From positions 192,001-256,000 of the forward strand of contig CBDCCS010000018.1 in the NCBI GenBank assembly GCA_965214935.1: a stretch of DNA of 64,000 bases, written 5' to 3'. A model generated the notes under the pieces. It ran no database searches. It worked only from the letters and a program-made list of their open reading frames with translations, and was not told the DNA's origin. Shown piece after piece: positions 39,878 to 50,842 of the stretch (its first letter is position 1; each line of letters begins with the position of its first letter). The position numbers and the translations under genes are program-made. This DNA comes from Candidatus Velthaea sp. (GTDB lineage: Bacteria > Vulcanimicrobiota > Vulcanimicrobiia > Vulcanimicrobiales > Vulcanimicrobiaceae).

Positions 39878-40624
39878 ATGGCAGAATTCGACGGTCTGGT
39901 GGCACTTGTTACCGGTGGAGCTTCAGGAATCGGTCTTGCGACGGCGGAGCTGCTTGCGTCGCGCGGCGCGCGCGTTGGAGTTCTCGATTTGCAGCCCGGG
40001 CCGGATACTCCGGAGATCAGCGGCTTTTCGGCAAACGTTGCCGATCAGGCATCGGTCGACGCGGCCGTGCGTGCAGTGCTCGAGCGCTTCGGAAGCTTGG
40101 ACATCGTCATCAACAATGCCGGTATCGGCGCGGCCGGCACGATAAGCGACAACGAACCGGACGAGTGGCATCGCGTTTTCGATGTTAATGTGGTCGGAAT
40201 TGCGCGGGTAACCCGCGCCGCACTGCCGCATTTGCGCCGCTCCCAGGCCGGCGCGATCGTCAATACATGCTCGATTGCGGCAACGGCGGGATTGCCGAAT
40301 CGCGCCGTCTACAGTGCAAGTAAGGGCGCGGTGCTCTCGCTAACACTTGCGATGGCAACCGATCTCGTGCGCGAGGGCATCCGTGTCAATTGCGTAAATC
40401 CCGGCACGGCCGATACGCCGTGGGTTGCGCGCTTGCTCGACAACGCGGAAGATCCCGAAGACGAACGCCGTCAACTTGCCGCGCGTCAGCCGATGGGACG
40501 GCTGGTCAGCGCACAAGAAGTTGCAGCGGCAATCGCCTATCTCGCAAGCCCGCTGGCGTCGGCGACGACCGGAACGTCACTGGCCGTCGACGGTGGAATG
40601 CAAGGGCTGCGTTTGCGCCGCTAA
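39878..40624 (+). CDS. SDR oxidoreductase (sugar-acid dehydrogenase-like)
   Basis: TGGASGIG, NNAGIG, YSASKG, PGTADTPWV; GGAGG RBS. Confidence 0.92.
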   Translation: MAEFDGLVALVTGGASGIGLATAELLASRGARVGVLDLQPGPDTPEISGFSANVADQASVDAAVRAVLERFGSLDIVINNAGIGAAGTISDNEPDEWHRVFDVNVVGIARVTRAALPHLRRSQAGAIVNTCSIAATAGLPNRAVYSASKGAVLSLTLAMATDLVREGIRVNCVNPGTADTPWVARLLDNAEDPEDERRQLAARQPMGRLVSAQEVAAAIAYLASPLASATTGTSLAVDGGMQGLRLRR

Positions 40625-40628
40625 CCGG

Positions 40629-40970
40629 CTACGACGAGATTGCGGTTCCGGCGGCGCTCGGCGCGGTTGCGCCGCCGATCATATGAGCGGTTATGACCTC
40701 CATTGCACTCTCGAGCGCACCGTCGAGCATGCGTTCCATCTCCGCGAAATGCGGCTGCTGCATGTGATTGTCGAGACCGGCTTGGTCTTGCCATTGTTCG
40801 TAGAGCAGAAAAAGCGTCGGATCGTCGCTTGCGGAGTGCAGCGCATAGCCGATGTTCGCATTCTCTTGCACCGTCGGTTCGATCATATCCATAAGTGCAC
40901 GACGAACGCGGTCTTCGCTGCCGCGCTTGGCTTTGAATCGGGCGAAAACGTTGATGCCGGGAACATTCAT
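40629..40970 (-). CDS. Antibiotic biosynthesis monooxygenase (ABM/quinol monooxygenase) family
   Basis: PT..E...IGY.LH...DDP..F.LYEQW......H...PHF. Confidence 0.88.
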   Translation of the reverse strand: MNVPGINVFARFKAKRGSEDRVRRALMDMIEPTVQENANIGYALHSASDDPTLFLLYEQWQDQAGLDNHMQQPHFAEMERMLDGALESAMEVITAHMIGGATAPSAAGTAISS

Positions 40971-41217
40971 GTCTGCACCGTCCCGCAAAGTGGTGGAAGC
41001 TCAACGCTGGTAGCGGACGCTGACTGACCGGGCCGGCAACCGTGACGTTCATCGCCATTGCGGCCGCCCACCGCGGGCAACAAGCCGCTTGGAGCCGGCG
41101 TGTTCGACTGCCCGCGCAAAACGGGCGGTTATGATTTTCAAAAGCGGGTAACTAAGTTCCAATAATTGCGCCCAGGAGTGAATCTATGTCCCACGCGCCG
41201 GAAGCTGCATTCGGCCG

Positions 41218-43047
41218 ATGACTCTTTCGCCCGTCGACTGGGTCATCATGGTCGTCTATTTCGGATTTGTACTCGGCATCGGGTTCATGCTGAGCCGGAA
41301 AACGACGGACAGCCAGCAATTTTTTATGGCCGGCCGCGCGGTCCCGTTATGGATTTGCGGCTTAGCTTTCGTGTGCGCCAACCTCGGCGCGCAAGAAGTC
41401 ATCGGTATGGCGGCTTCGGGTGCGAAATACGGGATACTCACCGCGCACTTCTATTGGCTCGGTGCGATCCCCGCGATGGTGTTCGTCGGCGTGTTCATGA
41501 TGCCGTTCTATTACGGATCGAAAGCCCGCTCCGTACCGGAGTATCTCAAGCTGCGGTTCGACGAGAAAACGCGGGCGCTCAATGCGATCACCTTCACGGT
41601 GATGACGGTATTTTCATCCGGTATCTCGATGTACGCCATGGCGCAGTTGCTCATTTCGATGCATGTGTTCGACGCGGCGTTCGCCGCCATGAACATTCCG
41701 CTGCACTATATTTTTGACGTATCGGTCGTTATCTCGGCAATTATCGTGTTGGCGTACATTTTGGCCGGCGGACTGCGCAGCGCAATGTACAATGAAGTCT
41801 TACAGTTCTTCCTTATCGTCGCTGGTTTCTTTCCGCTCGTCTTCCTCGGACTCAAGGCCAGCGGCGGTTGGCACGGGATCGCGCAAACGTTGCCGCCCGC
41901 CTTCACGCATACATGGCACGGCTTGCAATCGCCCGATACAAACTTACTCGGCGTCGACTCGTTCGGTCTCGTGATGGGTTTGGGCTTTGTCCTGTCGTTT
42001 GGCTATTGGTGCACCGATTATCTGATCGTTCAACGTGCGATGGCGGCCGACTCGATGCTCGACGCGCGTCGTACGCCGCTCGTCGCCGCATTCCCGAAGA
42101 TGCTCTTTCCGTTTTTAGTGATATTGCCGGGGCTCATTGCGCTTGCCGCGCCGAAGACCGAGGCGATGCTGCGCGCTCATCCGACCGTCATCGCGTCGAC
42201 GACGGAAGCCGGAACGAAAGCCGGCGTCGCCGCGGCACTCGCGTACGGCGGCAACGGCATCATTCCGCAGCAGACCACGACCGACGGCAAACCTGTCACC
42301 AACAAAGACGGTAAGCCGGTTCTCAATTACAATTTAGTTATTCCGGCGCTGCTCTCAACGTACTTTCCGACCGGTTTGCTGGGCTTGGGAATTACGGCGC
42401 TGTTGGCAAGCTTCATGTCCGGCATGGCAGGTAACGTCACCGCGTTCAATACGGTGTGGACGCGCGATATCTACGAGCCGTATATCAAAAAAAATGCATC
42501 CGACAAGCATTATTTGCAGATGGGTCGGATTGCGACGGTCGTCGGCATCGCGCTTTCGATCGTGACGGCATATATGGCCGCGCAGTTCAACAACATCATG
42601 GACGCTTTGCAGCTCGTGTTCGCGTTCGTAAACGCACCGCTGTTCGCCACATTCTTGCTCGGCCAATTTTGGAAACGCACGACCGGACACGGTGCGTTTT
42701 GGGGTCTACTTGCCGGCACGGCCGCGGCGGCATTGCACCACGGACTAACCTTGCCGCAGGGCGATCCAACGGGCCTCAAAGGTGGATTTCTCGCCGTTCT
42801 CCACACCTATCCCAGCGAGATGGCTCAAAACTTCTATACGGCGATTTATGCCTTCTCCGCGTGTCTCGTGATAACCGCGGTCATCAGCGTCTTGACCCGG
42901 CCGCGGCCGGATAGCGAACTCGTCGGTTTAGTCTATTCGCTCACCAAACGTCAGAACGATTCGGCCGTGTCTTGGTACACACGTCCGGCGTTTCTCGGAG
43001 GACTCGTTATCGTGTGCTGCATCGGCCTCAACGTAGCGTTCCGGTAA
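41218..43047 (+). CDS. Sodium:solute symporter (SSS) family, probable sugar transporter
   Basis: FFMAGR, ANLGAQE, SVPEYLKLRF, YWCTD...VQR, LASFMSG, many TMs. Confidence 0.94.
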   Translation: MTLSPVDWVIMVVYFGFVLGIGFMLSRKTTDSQQFFMAGRAVPLWICGLAFVCANLGAQEVIGMAASGAKYGILTAHFYWLGAIPAMVFVGVFMMPFYYGSKARSVPEYLKLRFDEKTRALNAITFTVMTVFSSGISMYAMAQLLISMHVFDAAFAAMNIPLHYIFDVSVVISAIIVLAYILAGGLRSAMYNEVLQFFLIVAGFFPLVFLGLKASGGWHGIAQTLPPAFTHTWHGLQSPDTNLLGVDSFGLVMGLGFVLSFGYWCTDYLIVQRAMAADSMLDARRTPLVAAFPKMLFPFLVILPGLIALAAPKTEAMLRAHPTVIASTTEAGTKAGVAAALAYGGNGIIPQQTTTDGKPVTNKDGKPVLNYNLVIPALLSTYFPTGLLGLGITALLASFMSGMAGNVTAFNTVWTRDIYEPYIKKNASDKHYLQMGRIATVVGIALSIVTAYMAAQFNNIMDALQLVFAFVNAPLFATFLLGQFWKRTTGHGAFWGLLAGTAAAALHHGLTLPQGDPTGLKGGFLAVLHTYPSEMAQNFYTAIYAFSACLVITAVISVLTRPRPDSELVGLVYSLTKRQNDSAVSWYTRPAFLGGLVIVCCIGLNVAFR

Positions 43048-43053
43048 ACGCGC

Positions 43054-43353
43054 ATGGATCTCGATCTGCGCGTTCCGGTCGGTTTACTGTTTATTACCTT
43101 AGGTCTCATTATGGGGATCTTCGGCCTGACGAGCGATCCGGGGATTTACCATAAATCACTCGGTATCAACGTGAATCTCTTCTGGGGTCTAACTCAACTA
43201 ATCTTCGGATCGTTGATGCTGACGTTCGGCCGGTCCGCGCGGCAAGAAGCGCCCGCAGCGTCAACGGCCAAGGGCGCCGTTGCGCCCGATCGCGCGATTA
43301 CGACTCGTCACGATGCGCCGCCGAAAGCAAAAACGCCGGTTCATCGCGGCTGA
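43054..43353 (+). CDS. Small 2-TM protein accompanying the SSS
   Basis: DLRVPVGLLF, GINVNLFWG. Confidence 0.75.
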   Translation: MDLDLRVPVGLLFITLGLIMGIFGLTSDPGIYHKSLGINVNLFWGLTQLIFGSLMLTFGRSARQEAPAASTAKGAVAPDRAITTRHDAPPKAKTPVHRG

Positions 43354-43408
43354 CGTCGCCGTTACGCCCGGTTAGTACGCCGGGCGTCGTCAACGATATC
43401 TCTGTAGC

Positions 43409-43816
43409 TTAAGCTTCGACGATGGTTACTGGCAATAGCGCCGCAAGTTCGTCGGGCGTGTACATGCGCGAGCGGGTTAAGAACCGGACGCCCTCGCCGT
43501 TCTCTAGAGAGAACATACCGCCACGTCCGGGTACGACATCGATGATCAGCTTCGTGTGCTGCCAGTAGGCAAACTGCGCGGCGCTCATGTAAAACGGAGC
43601 GCCCGCGATCGATCCGAGTTGCACGTCGGAACTGCCTAAGAGCAGGTCCCCAACCGGATAGCACATCGGGCTGCTGCCGTCACAGCAGCCGCCCGATTGA
43701 TGGAACATAACGGGGCCATGCCGTTCCCGCAGGCGGTCGATCAGCTCGACCGCTGCAGGAGTTGCATCGACGCGGCTTGCGCTTGCGCAAGCCGCTCCGA
43801 AACTAAAAGAATCCAA
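43409..43816 (-). CDS. DUF779 family protein
   Basis: [28 protein letters not shown]...DVVPGRG..FSLE; downstream of aldB; start uncertain. Confidence 0.92.
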   Translation of the reverse strand: MDSFSFGAACASASRVDATPAAVELIDRLRERHGPVMFHQSGGCCDGSSPMCYPVGDLLLGSSDVQLGSIAGAPFYMSAAQFAYWQHTKLIIDVVPGRGGMFSLENGEGVRFLTRSRMYTPDELAALLPVTIVEA

Positions 43817-45344
43817 GTTTGTTGGGGCTATAACTCACCAGAACATTCTTGGTCTGCTGATAGTGATCGAGCATCATCTTATGATTCTCACGTCCGATAC
43901 CTGACTGCTTGTATCCGCCGAACGCGGCGTGAGCCGGATACAGATGATAGCAGTTGGTCCAAACGCGTCCGGCTTGGATGCCGCGGCCCATGCGATAGCA
44001 CGTGTTCGCATCGCGCGACCAGACGCCGGCGCCTAAGCCGTAGAGCGTGTCGTTGGCAATCGCAAGCGCGTCAGCCTCGTCTTTGAATGACGTAACGCTG
44101 ACGACCGGCCCGAAGATTTCCTCTTGGAAAACGCGCATTGAATTTTTGCCTTCGAAGATGGTCGGCTCAACGTAATATCCATCTTTGAATGCGCCGTCGA
44201 GTTCGTTACGCTTGCCGCCCGTCAGAACTTTTGCGCCTTCTTGTCCGCCGATATCGAAATACGACAGAATCTTCTCGAGCTGTTCGCTCGATGCTTGCGC
44301 GCCGATCATCGTCGACATGTCGAGCGGATTGCCTTGCTTTATCGCTTTGACGCGCGCCAGTGCCCGCTCCATAAAGCGATCGTAGATCGATTCTTGGATC
44401 AGCGCGCGAGAGGGACACGTGCAAACTTCGCCTTGATTGAGGGCGAACATCGTGAAGCCTTCGAGTGCTTTATCGAAAAACGCGTCATCTTGTTCCATGA
44501 CGTCGGCAAAGAAGATGTTGGGCGACTTGCCGCCGAGTTCAAGCGTCACCGGAATGAGATTCTGCGAAGCATACTGCATGATCAACCGGCCGGTGGTTGT
44601 TTCGCCCGTAAACGCAATCTTCGCGATGCGCTTGTTCGACGCTAACGGTTTGCCGGCTTCGAGACCGAAGCCCTGAACGATATTTAGGACGCCCGGCGGA
44701 AGAAGATCGGCGATCATCTCCATGAAGACCATGATCGATGCCGGCGTTTGTTCGGCCGGCTTGAGCACGACGCAGTTGCCGGCAGCCAGCGCTGGCGCGA
44801 GTTTCCAGACCGCCATGAGAATCGGAAAATTCCAGGGAATAATTTGACCGACGACGCCCAGCGGTTCGTGGAAATGGTAGGCGACGGTCTCGTTGTCGAC
44901 TTGACTGATCCCGCCTTCTTGCGCGCGGATGCAGCCGGCAAAATAGCGGAAATGATCGATCGCCAGCGGGATGTCGGCAAGCGTCGTCTCGCGGATCGGC
45001 TTGCCGTTGTCGATCGTTTCCGCGAGCGCCAACACCGACAGCTTTTGCTCCATCCGGTCGGCAATCTTATTGAGAATGATCGCACGTTCGGTACCGGATG
45101 TCCGGCCCCACGCTTCGCGAGCAGCATGCGCGGCATCGAGCGCAAGCTCGATATCGGCGGCCGATGAACGCGCAACTTCCGTGAACGGCTGGCCGATAAC
45201 GGGGCTCACATTAGGAAAATAGCGGCCTTCGGTCGGCGGCACGAATTTTCCACCGATAAAATTATCATAGCGACGACGAAACGGATTCTCGATTCCGAGT
45301 TTTGCTAAGTCGTAAAGTGTCTCGACCTCTAAAACTGCACTCAT
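43803..45344 (-). CDS. aldB: Aldehyde dehydrogenase (AldB/ExaC type)
   Basis: [53 protein letters not shown]. Confidence 0.93.
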   Translation of the reverse strand: MSAVLEVETLYDLAKLGIENPFRRRYDNFIGGKFVPPTEGRYFPNVSPVIGQPFTEVARSSAADIELALDAAHAAREAWGRTSGTERAIILNKIADRMEQKLSVLALAETIDNGKPIRETTLADIPLAIDHFRYFAGCIRAQEGGISQVDNETVAYHFHEPLGVVGQIIPWNFPILMAVWKLAPALAAGNCVVLKPAEQTPASIMVFMEMIADLLPPGVLNIVQGFGLEAGKPLASNKRIAKIAFTGETTTGRLIMQYASQNLIPVTLELGGKSPNIFFADVMEQDDAFFDKALEGFTMFALNQGEVCTCPSRALIQESIYDRFMERALARVKAIKQGNPLDMSTMIGAQASSEQLEKILSYFDIGGQEGAKVLTGGKRNELDGAFKDGYYVEPTIFEGKNSMRVFQEEIFGPVVSVTSFKDEADALAIANDTLYGLGAGVWSRDANTCYRMGRGIQAGRVWTNCYHLYPAHAAFGGYKQSGIGRENHKMMLDHYQQTKNVLVSYSPNKLGFF

Positions 45345-45611
45345 GCGTACCTCCAGAGCTGGGCAAGAACATCCCCGGTGCCCCACTGCATTGTAGCGGA
45401 CTTGCGCCGGCGAGCCTATTGTACCAAAGTATAAGTGTCTTGAAGCACGGCGTTTGTCAATGCACCCCGCGATTTGCTGCGCGACCTCGGCCGGCTGCAC
45501 GCAACGGACCCGCGGGCCTCGCCGCTCCCGTGTCTCATCAAGCTAATTGCGTTTCGGCGTGATAACGCAACAAACGGGACGTGGCTTGCGCTCGAAGCCT
45601 CGTGCGCAAAG

Positions 45612-46653
45612 ATGCGCGCTTCTCGGCTTGGCGTTCAGCGTCACGCTCGCGTTCGCCAGCATCTCGTCTCCGGCTGCAGCGCATGAAAAGTGGTTCATCG
45701 ACGCAGGCGGACATCGACTCCGATGGGACCTGCTGTTTTCGGCCGTTGCCGTTAAGTTTAGCCGGGATCGTGCTCGTCGTTACGCTCGCTGCGTTCATTG
45801 TTTGGCGCCTGCGCGACGAGCGGAGTTTTTTGCCGGGGCCGTCTGCATTTGGAGCGACGTTCGAAAGTAAAAGCCTTCTTTATCGCCTGCTGCCATTGAT
45901 TATCGGCATACATTTTGCCGTTCCGCTACTCGTTGACGGAACGCACACGCGGCTTTTTTCGCCGAACGACAGAATGACCGGTCTGCCTGCGTTTATCGCC
46001 GGCCTGAGCGAAACATTTATTGCACTGTCGTTTTTCTTCGGCGGTCTCACGCGTGTTAGCGCGGCACTTCTCGCAGTTCTTTGGGTCAGCGGCTTCTGGA
46101 TCGTCGGCGCGGAGAACACACTTGAAAACTCGGTGTATCTCGGTGCTGCCGTCTTTTTCTTCATGGCCGGGCGCGGCCCGGTTGCCATCGACCGCATACT
46201 ATTTCCGAAGCTCGAACCGCCGCCGTCACTTGCGCGCAACGCAATGATCCCGTTGCGGATCGGGCTCGGCGCCAGCCTGACCGTCGTTGCCTTCACCGAG
46301 AAGCTTGCGAATCAACCGCTGGCACTCGACTTTTTGAAAACGCATCCGTTAAACTTCACCGCGGCCCTAGGCCTGCCGATCTCAGACGAGTTATTCGTGC
46401 TTGCCGCGGGATGCGTTGAGCTACTTGTTGGTTTGTGGATTCTGCTCGGTATTTTCAACCGTGAGATTGTCATCTTCGCGCTGTTGCCGTTCAATCTCAC
46501 TTAAGCGTGTTTAACGAGACGGAACTTGTCGGCCACTTACCATTTTATGGGATCTTAGCAGCTTTGCTGGTGTGGGAAGCCGGAAACACAAACCGGCGCG
46601 AGTGGCTGCGTGGGCTTTCGAGCGCGGGGCTCGCGACGAGCACCGATGAATGA
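45612..46653 (+). pseudogene. DoxX-like membrane protein with at least two frameshifts (or assembly indels)
   Basis: Three frames join: ..AAAHEKWF..WDLLF | RPLPL..EKL.N..LLPFNLT | LSVFNETELVGHLPFYG..DE*. Shifts at TTTT 45736-45739 and about 46500; start approximate. Confidence 0.7.
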
Positions 46654-47226
46654 CGCGCCGGCGACCGTGCTTCCGCTTCTTGCCGACTTGCTGGCGGAAG
46701 CCCTCGACATCGTCTTCGTCGGGATAAATCCATCGATATACGCGGCTTCACGCGGACACTATTTTGCGCGCCCGACAAATCGATTCTGGCCCTGCTTGTC
46801 GCGCTCGACACTTAGCGGCGACGCACGTGCCGGCCTCGGTGTGCGCAAGCTCGGACCCGAGCACGATGCAGCGCTACTCCGTTACGGCATCGGCTTTACC
46901 GATGTTGTCAAACGCCCGACGATCCGGGCGGCGCAAGTAACGCCCGCCGAGTTCGCGGCCGGTGTGAGTGTGCTCGTCGAGAAGCTCGAGCGCTATATCC
47001 GCGAATCGCTTGTTTCCACGGCATCACCGGCTATCGTCACGTGCATCGCATGCTCGGTGCGACGGACGCGACCGTCGTTCTCGGTCTTCAACCTCTGCGC
47101 ATCGGAACGACGCACTTGTATCTTGTTCCCAATCCGAGCGGTGCAAATGCGCACGTAACGCCGGCGGAGCAAACACGCTGGTACGACCGGCTTGCCCGAT
47201 GCCGTTCATCGCTATGGTTGCGTTAG
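46646..47226 (+). pseudogene. mug: G/U mismatch-specific DNA glycosylase with a frameshift near 46997 (or assembly indel)
   Basis: VFVGINPS, GHYFARPTNRFW, GIGFTDVVKRPT; the second frame continues PRIACFHG...VPNPSGANAH. Confidence 0.8.
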
Positions 47227-49290
47227 CCACCAGCCTCGAGCACGAACGGGATGCGGTTGACGCGGCGGCTCGACCGGCCGGACCAGCGCGCGAGCGCGCG
47301 CTTCACCGACTGTCGCCCGCAGCGCATTGGCGATCCGCTGATGTTCGGCAATCTGCTTTGTATTGAGACGAAATGCAGAACCGGTTACGCGTCGTGGAGC
47401 CGTACGCGTGAGGTGACTGTGTCGCGGTGCGACCGGTGCGGTATCTCGGGCAACGTTGAAACTTCCGCTAACGACGGGTGCGCCAAGGCGGACGAGTGCC
47501 GTGCGGGCGCCGCTTGGCGCGCGGGTCATCGACTGCGCTTTGGTAACCCCGGAAACCGCACGGGTTTGCAGGTACGCGACAATAAATTGCCGGCGCTCGT
47601 TCGCGGTCAGTTGGGCGAGGAGAGGCTCGAGATATTGGTCCTGCGGCTCGATAAGGGGCCGTTGATCGCGCCGCATTGCAATAGCCGGACGTTCGCGTTG
47701 CGGGGATAGCGCGGCGGCGCGCTTAACGATAATGCCGCGGTAACCGGCGTTGACCGCGTCGTGACCGATGGCGATCTCGCCCCAAATCATCGAGACGCCG
47801 GCCGGGAAGCGCAGCGTTAACAGCGTGCCGTCGGCAAGCGACGTCGCCGTCCAACTTGCACCGGCACCGTTTGCATGCACCGTCGAGCCGCTCACGACCG
47901 GGTGCCGTCCGGCCGAAATCGGGAGCAAGAATTGCATCAGACCCGAGCTGACGAAGGCGTGCTGGTCCTGACTGCAACCACCTTCGTCGCCGTGCGTACG
48001 CCCGAAGAACGCCCAGCTCTCGCTAACGTTTGTCGTGCGCGCCGGTATTTGTGCCGCCATGCCGAGAACGGGGTGCAGTTCTGCATGCGCTCCATGTTTG
48101 TTATCGATGCCGATAACGCCGGTAACGATCGCGTTCGTGCCGGCGTCGCCGCCGAGCATTCCGCGCGCCTGCGCCCATGAGTCGTCGGCGTCAACGGCGC
48201 TATGAAACGACGACCACCACGGCGTGTCGAAACGATCGATTGTCTCATCGCTATCGAATTCGAGCCCCAGCGCGCGATCGCGGCCGTTAGCGAATGTCTC
48301 GTTACCGGTTGTGGCCGACGCTTGGTCGGAGCGCTGTAAGGACAGATCGTAATCGTCGTCGCCCGTACCGCTGGGTATCGGCTTCGAATGATCGGTGAAG
48401 AGCAGCGTCCCGGTGTAGGTGGCCAATCCCCAATTAATATGCCCGTGAACGGCGCCCGAAACGCCGCCCGAGAGTTGGCAGACGGTGTAGAACGCCGGAT
48501 CGCTCCAGAAGCTCGGTTCGTCGACCGTCGGCTGCTGCGTCGTGCAGGCCGGGCTGCCGAGCTTAAGGGCGTCGTCTTCGTCGTGGAAATTTGCACATAA
48601 CGTCGCTGCGTCGGGTGTGCTGCCGTTCGGGCTGCGATCGGAGCCGACTTGCGCGCCCCACAGTGGATTGAGCGGCAGCAAATTATCATCGATGTTGTCC
48701 CACCACAAATCCATCGGTGCTCGCGGTAACGCCGGCGGTACCGGCTGCCCATGTTCGATCGTTATGTCGATGTAGGCGTTGCCGACGTTCTTACATTGAT
48801 CGCTCGTACCGTCATCATGACCCCAATAGCCGTTGTCTCCATAGTCGTCGTCATCGTAGCCGATGTGGAGAATCAGTTCGGCTGGGTCGGTTCCCGCCGG
48901 AACGTTCGCGACATGTAACGGCGAGCGGGCCATGACGCCCTTCAATCGCTCGAGCCCGGCGGTTGCAGTCGGAACGGAAATTAAGCCGTGGTACAAGCGA
49001 TCGCTGTTGTCGTCTCTGGGATCGACATACAGTTTCCAAGTATTTCCCGAACCGCCCGTTTGGACGCACCCGCCGGCCGAGACGAAAACCGTGTCACCCG
49101 GCGTAAAACGCACCTGAGGAACGGGCGTGTCATGCGCGCGCACCTCCGGGTTCGCGATGTGAACGTGCACCGTCGTCCCGTTCGTGGAGATCATCGGGTC
49201 ATCGGCGCCGGCCGGACCGGGCCGAACGAAAAGACCGGCGGCGATAACGGTCGCCGCAACTCCGCAGGCGATCAGGCGCAAAGGCGACAT
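47212..49290 (-). CDS. Secreted multidomain hypothetical protein (possible lectin-like N-domain)
   Basis: GTG start, signal peptide (AGA), GDTV.VSAGG..L.IGYDDDDYGDNG, several Cys, DDDY and ELHPV motifs. Confidence 0.75.
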   Translation of the reverse strand: MSPLRLIACGVAATVIAAGLFVRPGPAGADDPMISTNGTTVHVHIANPEVRAHDTPVPQVRFTPGDTVFVSAGGCVQTGGSGNTWKLYVDPRDDNSDRLYHGLISVPTATAGLERLKGVMARSPLHVANVPAGTDPAELILHIGYDDDDYGDNGYWGHDDGTSDQCKNVGNAYIDITIEHGQPVPPALPRAPMDLWWDNIDDNLLPLNPLWGAQVGSDRSPNGSTPDAATLCANFHDEDDALKLGSPACTTQQPTVDEPSFWSDPAFYTVCQLSGGVSGAVHGHINWGLATYTGTLLFTDHSKPIPSGTGDDDYDLSLQRSDQASATTGNETFANGRDRALGLEFDSDETIDRFDTPWWSSFHSAVDADDSWAQARGMLGGDAGTNAIVTGVIGIDNKHGAHAELHPVLGMAAQIPARTTNVSESWAFFGRTHGDEGGCSQDQHAFVSSGLMQFLLPISAGRHPVVSGSTVHANGAGASWTATSLADGTLLTLRFPAGVSMIWGEIAIGHDAVNAGYRGIIVKRAAALSPQRERPAIAMRRDQRPLIEPQDQYLEPLLAQLTANERRQFIVAYLQTRAVSGVTKAQSMTRAPSGARTALVRLGAPVVSGSFNVARDTAPVAPRHSHLTRTAPRRVTGSAFRLNTKQIAEHQRIANALRATVGEARARALVRPVEPPRQPHPVRARGWWLTQP

Positions 49291-49429
49291 TGAAACGCCC
49301 TTCTAGCGAAAAGAGGCTGAGCTCGCGTTCGCTTTCGCAAATCCGAGCGACGAGCCCCTCCGTCGTCACGTCCGCACCGGCTGGGCCCGCCGGCGAAACG
49401 TGCGTGCGCATTTTCCGGGCGCTCCTGAA

Positions 49430-49999
49430 TTAGTGCACGGTCGCGACGTCAGTACCGCGATCGCTTTCGCGAGCGACGTCAACGACGGTCGACAATAAGC
49501 CGGTCTCGACGTCGTACACGTGACCCGAGACTGCTACCTTCGAGCAAATCTCGCGACTGCGCAGCAAGCGTTCTACGTCCGTGCTAACGGTGCGCGCCGG
49601 ATCGAGGACGGGTCTGTCGGCCAGTGCGTGTTCGTCGACGCCCGCGCGTCGAGCAAAACCGTGACGGAACCTGTCATTCGCTAACAGCGCAGAGCCGCAA
49701 TCGGTGTGGTGAATGACTGCCACCTCGAACCACGGACCGTTCGGAAATTTGCTCTCGATTAAATAACTAATGTAGGCGATGTCTTCAATGACGCCGCGCG
49801 TTACCCGGCCGCCGACGACGCGTTGCACGATTGCGTCGCCCAACTCCAGCCCGAGAATGGCCGCCGGATCGACCCGGTAGTCGATGCAGGTAACGATGTA
49901 AAGGCTTTTGCGCGAGAACGGGATTGCCGGCGCTCGCCGCCGAGCGTCGGTCCGTGCGAACGCGCGATTGCGCTCGAGGAGGGTGGACATATTGCTCAT
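49430..49999 (-). CDS. Beta-class carbonic anhydrase (clade D-like)
   Basis: Zn ligands CIDYR and HHTDCG, R..GGR, SG.VYDVETG; alternative starts 49990 or TTG 50059. Confidence 0.88.
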   Translation of the reverse strand: MSNMSTLLERNRAFARTDARRRAPAIPFSRKSLYIVTCIDYRVDPAAILGLELGDAIVQRVVGGRVTRGVIEDIAYISYLIESKFPNGPWFEVAVIHHTDCGSALLANDRFRHGFARRAGVDEHALADRPVLDPARTVSTDVERLLRSREICSKVAVSGHVYDVETGLLSTVVDVARESDRGTDVATVH

Positions 50000-50055
50000 T
50001 TGTCGCGTTTGTTTACCTTTGTGTAACGGCGTTATTTGGTGCGCGTTCGCGCGAT

Positions 50056-50787
50056 TCAAGCAGCCGTCGCGGTAGCGTCGACGACGGCTACGACCGCGGC
50101 GTGAATGATGTCGGCGGTTTGCGCTGGATGCGAAACGGGGATCGCGTGCGATGATGCGACCTCGACGGTGTGCGAGCCGGCGCGGCGACTCATGAAGCGT
50201 AACGCCTCAATTGGGATCGAGTTGTCGGCGGTCGAAATAAGCGCCCACGACGGCAGCGAACGCCATGTGGCGACGTCGTCGAATGTCTCGTCGAGGGCAG
50301 CCGGATCGATCGGGTGCTGCGCAGCGGCCATGACGGCCGCAGTAGCGGCCTCCACGTCATTTGCATAGACGTCCGCGAAGCACTCCGGCCGCAGATATAA
50401 GTCGTTGCCGCCGGGATACGCGCGAACGACGACCGTCTCTGAATTGAGCTTGCTGCCCGCAAAGCGCGCGTTGAGTTCACCGGCGCTTTCACCCCGATCT
50501 TGTTGAAAGGCGGCAATGAAGACGAGTGCACCGACGGCGCCGCTTAGGGCGTCGGGACGCGAGATGATCGAACCGCCGTACGAGTGGCTCGCAACGACGA
50601 TCGGACCGTCGATCGTGGCGAGAACACTGCGCAAATAGGCGGCATCGCTTGCAAGGCCGCGCAACGGCATTGCAGGCGCGACGACGTTGTACGTCCGGTG
50701 TTGAAGTCGTGCGATGACAGCGTGCCAGACCGATGCGTCGGTGAGCGCGCCATGTACGAGTACGATCGTTGGAGTGGTGCGGGACAT
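50056..50787 (-). CDS. Alpha/beta hydrolase
   Basis: LVHGA, SHSYGG nucleophile elbow, D..IP, SSH. Confidence 0.92.
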   Translation of the reverse strand: MSRTTPTIVLVHGALTDASVWHAVIARLQHRTYNVVAPAMPLRGLASDAAYLRSVLATIDGPIVVASHSYGGSIISRPDALSGAVGALVFIAAFQQDRGESAGELNARFAGSKLNSETVVVRAYPGGNDLYLRPECFADVYANDVEAATAAVMAAAQHPIDPAALDETFDDVATWRSLPSWALISTADNSIPIEALRFMSRRAGSHTVEVASSHAIPVSHPAQTADIIHAAVVAVVDATATAA

Positions 50788-50842
50788 AGGTGTGCTTTCT
50801 TTCGGAGCGTTGTTCGATGCGAGCATTCGTGCGGGTGTGCCG

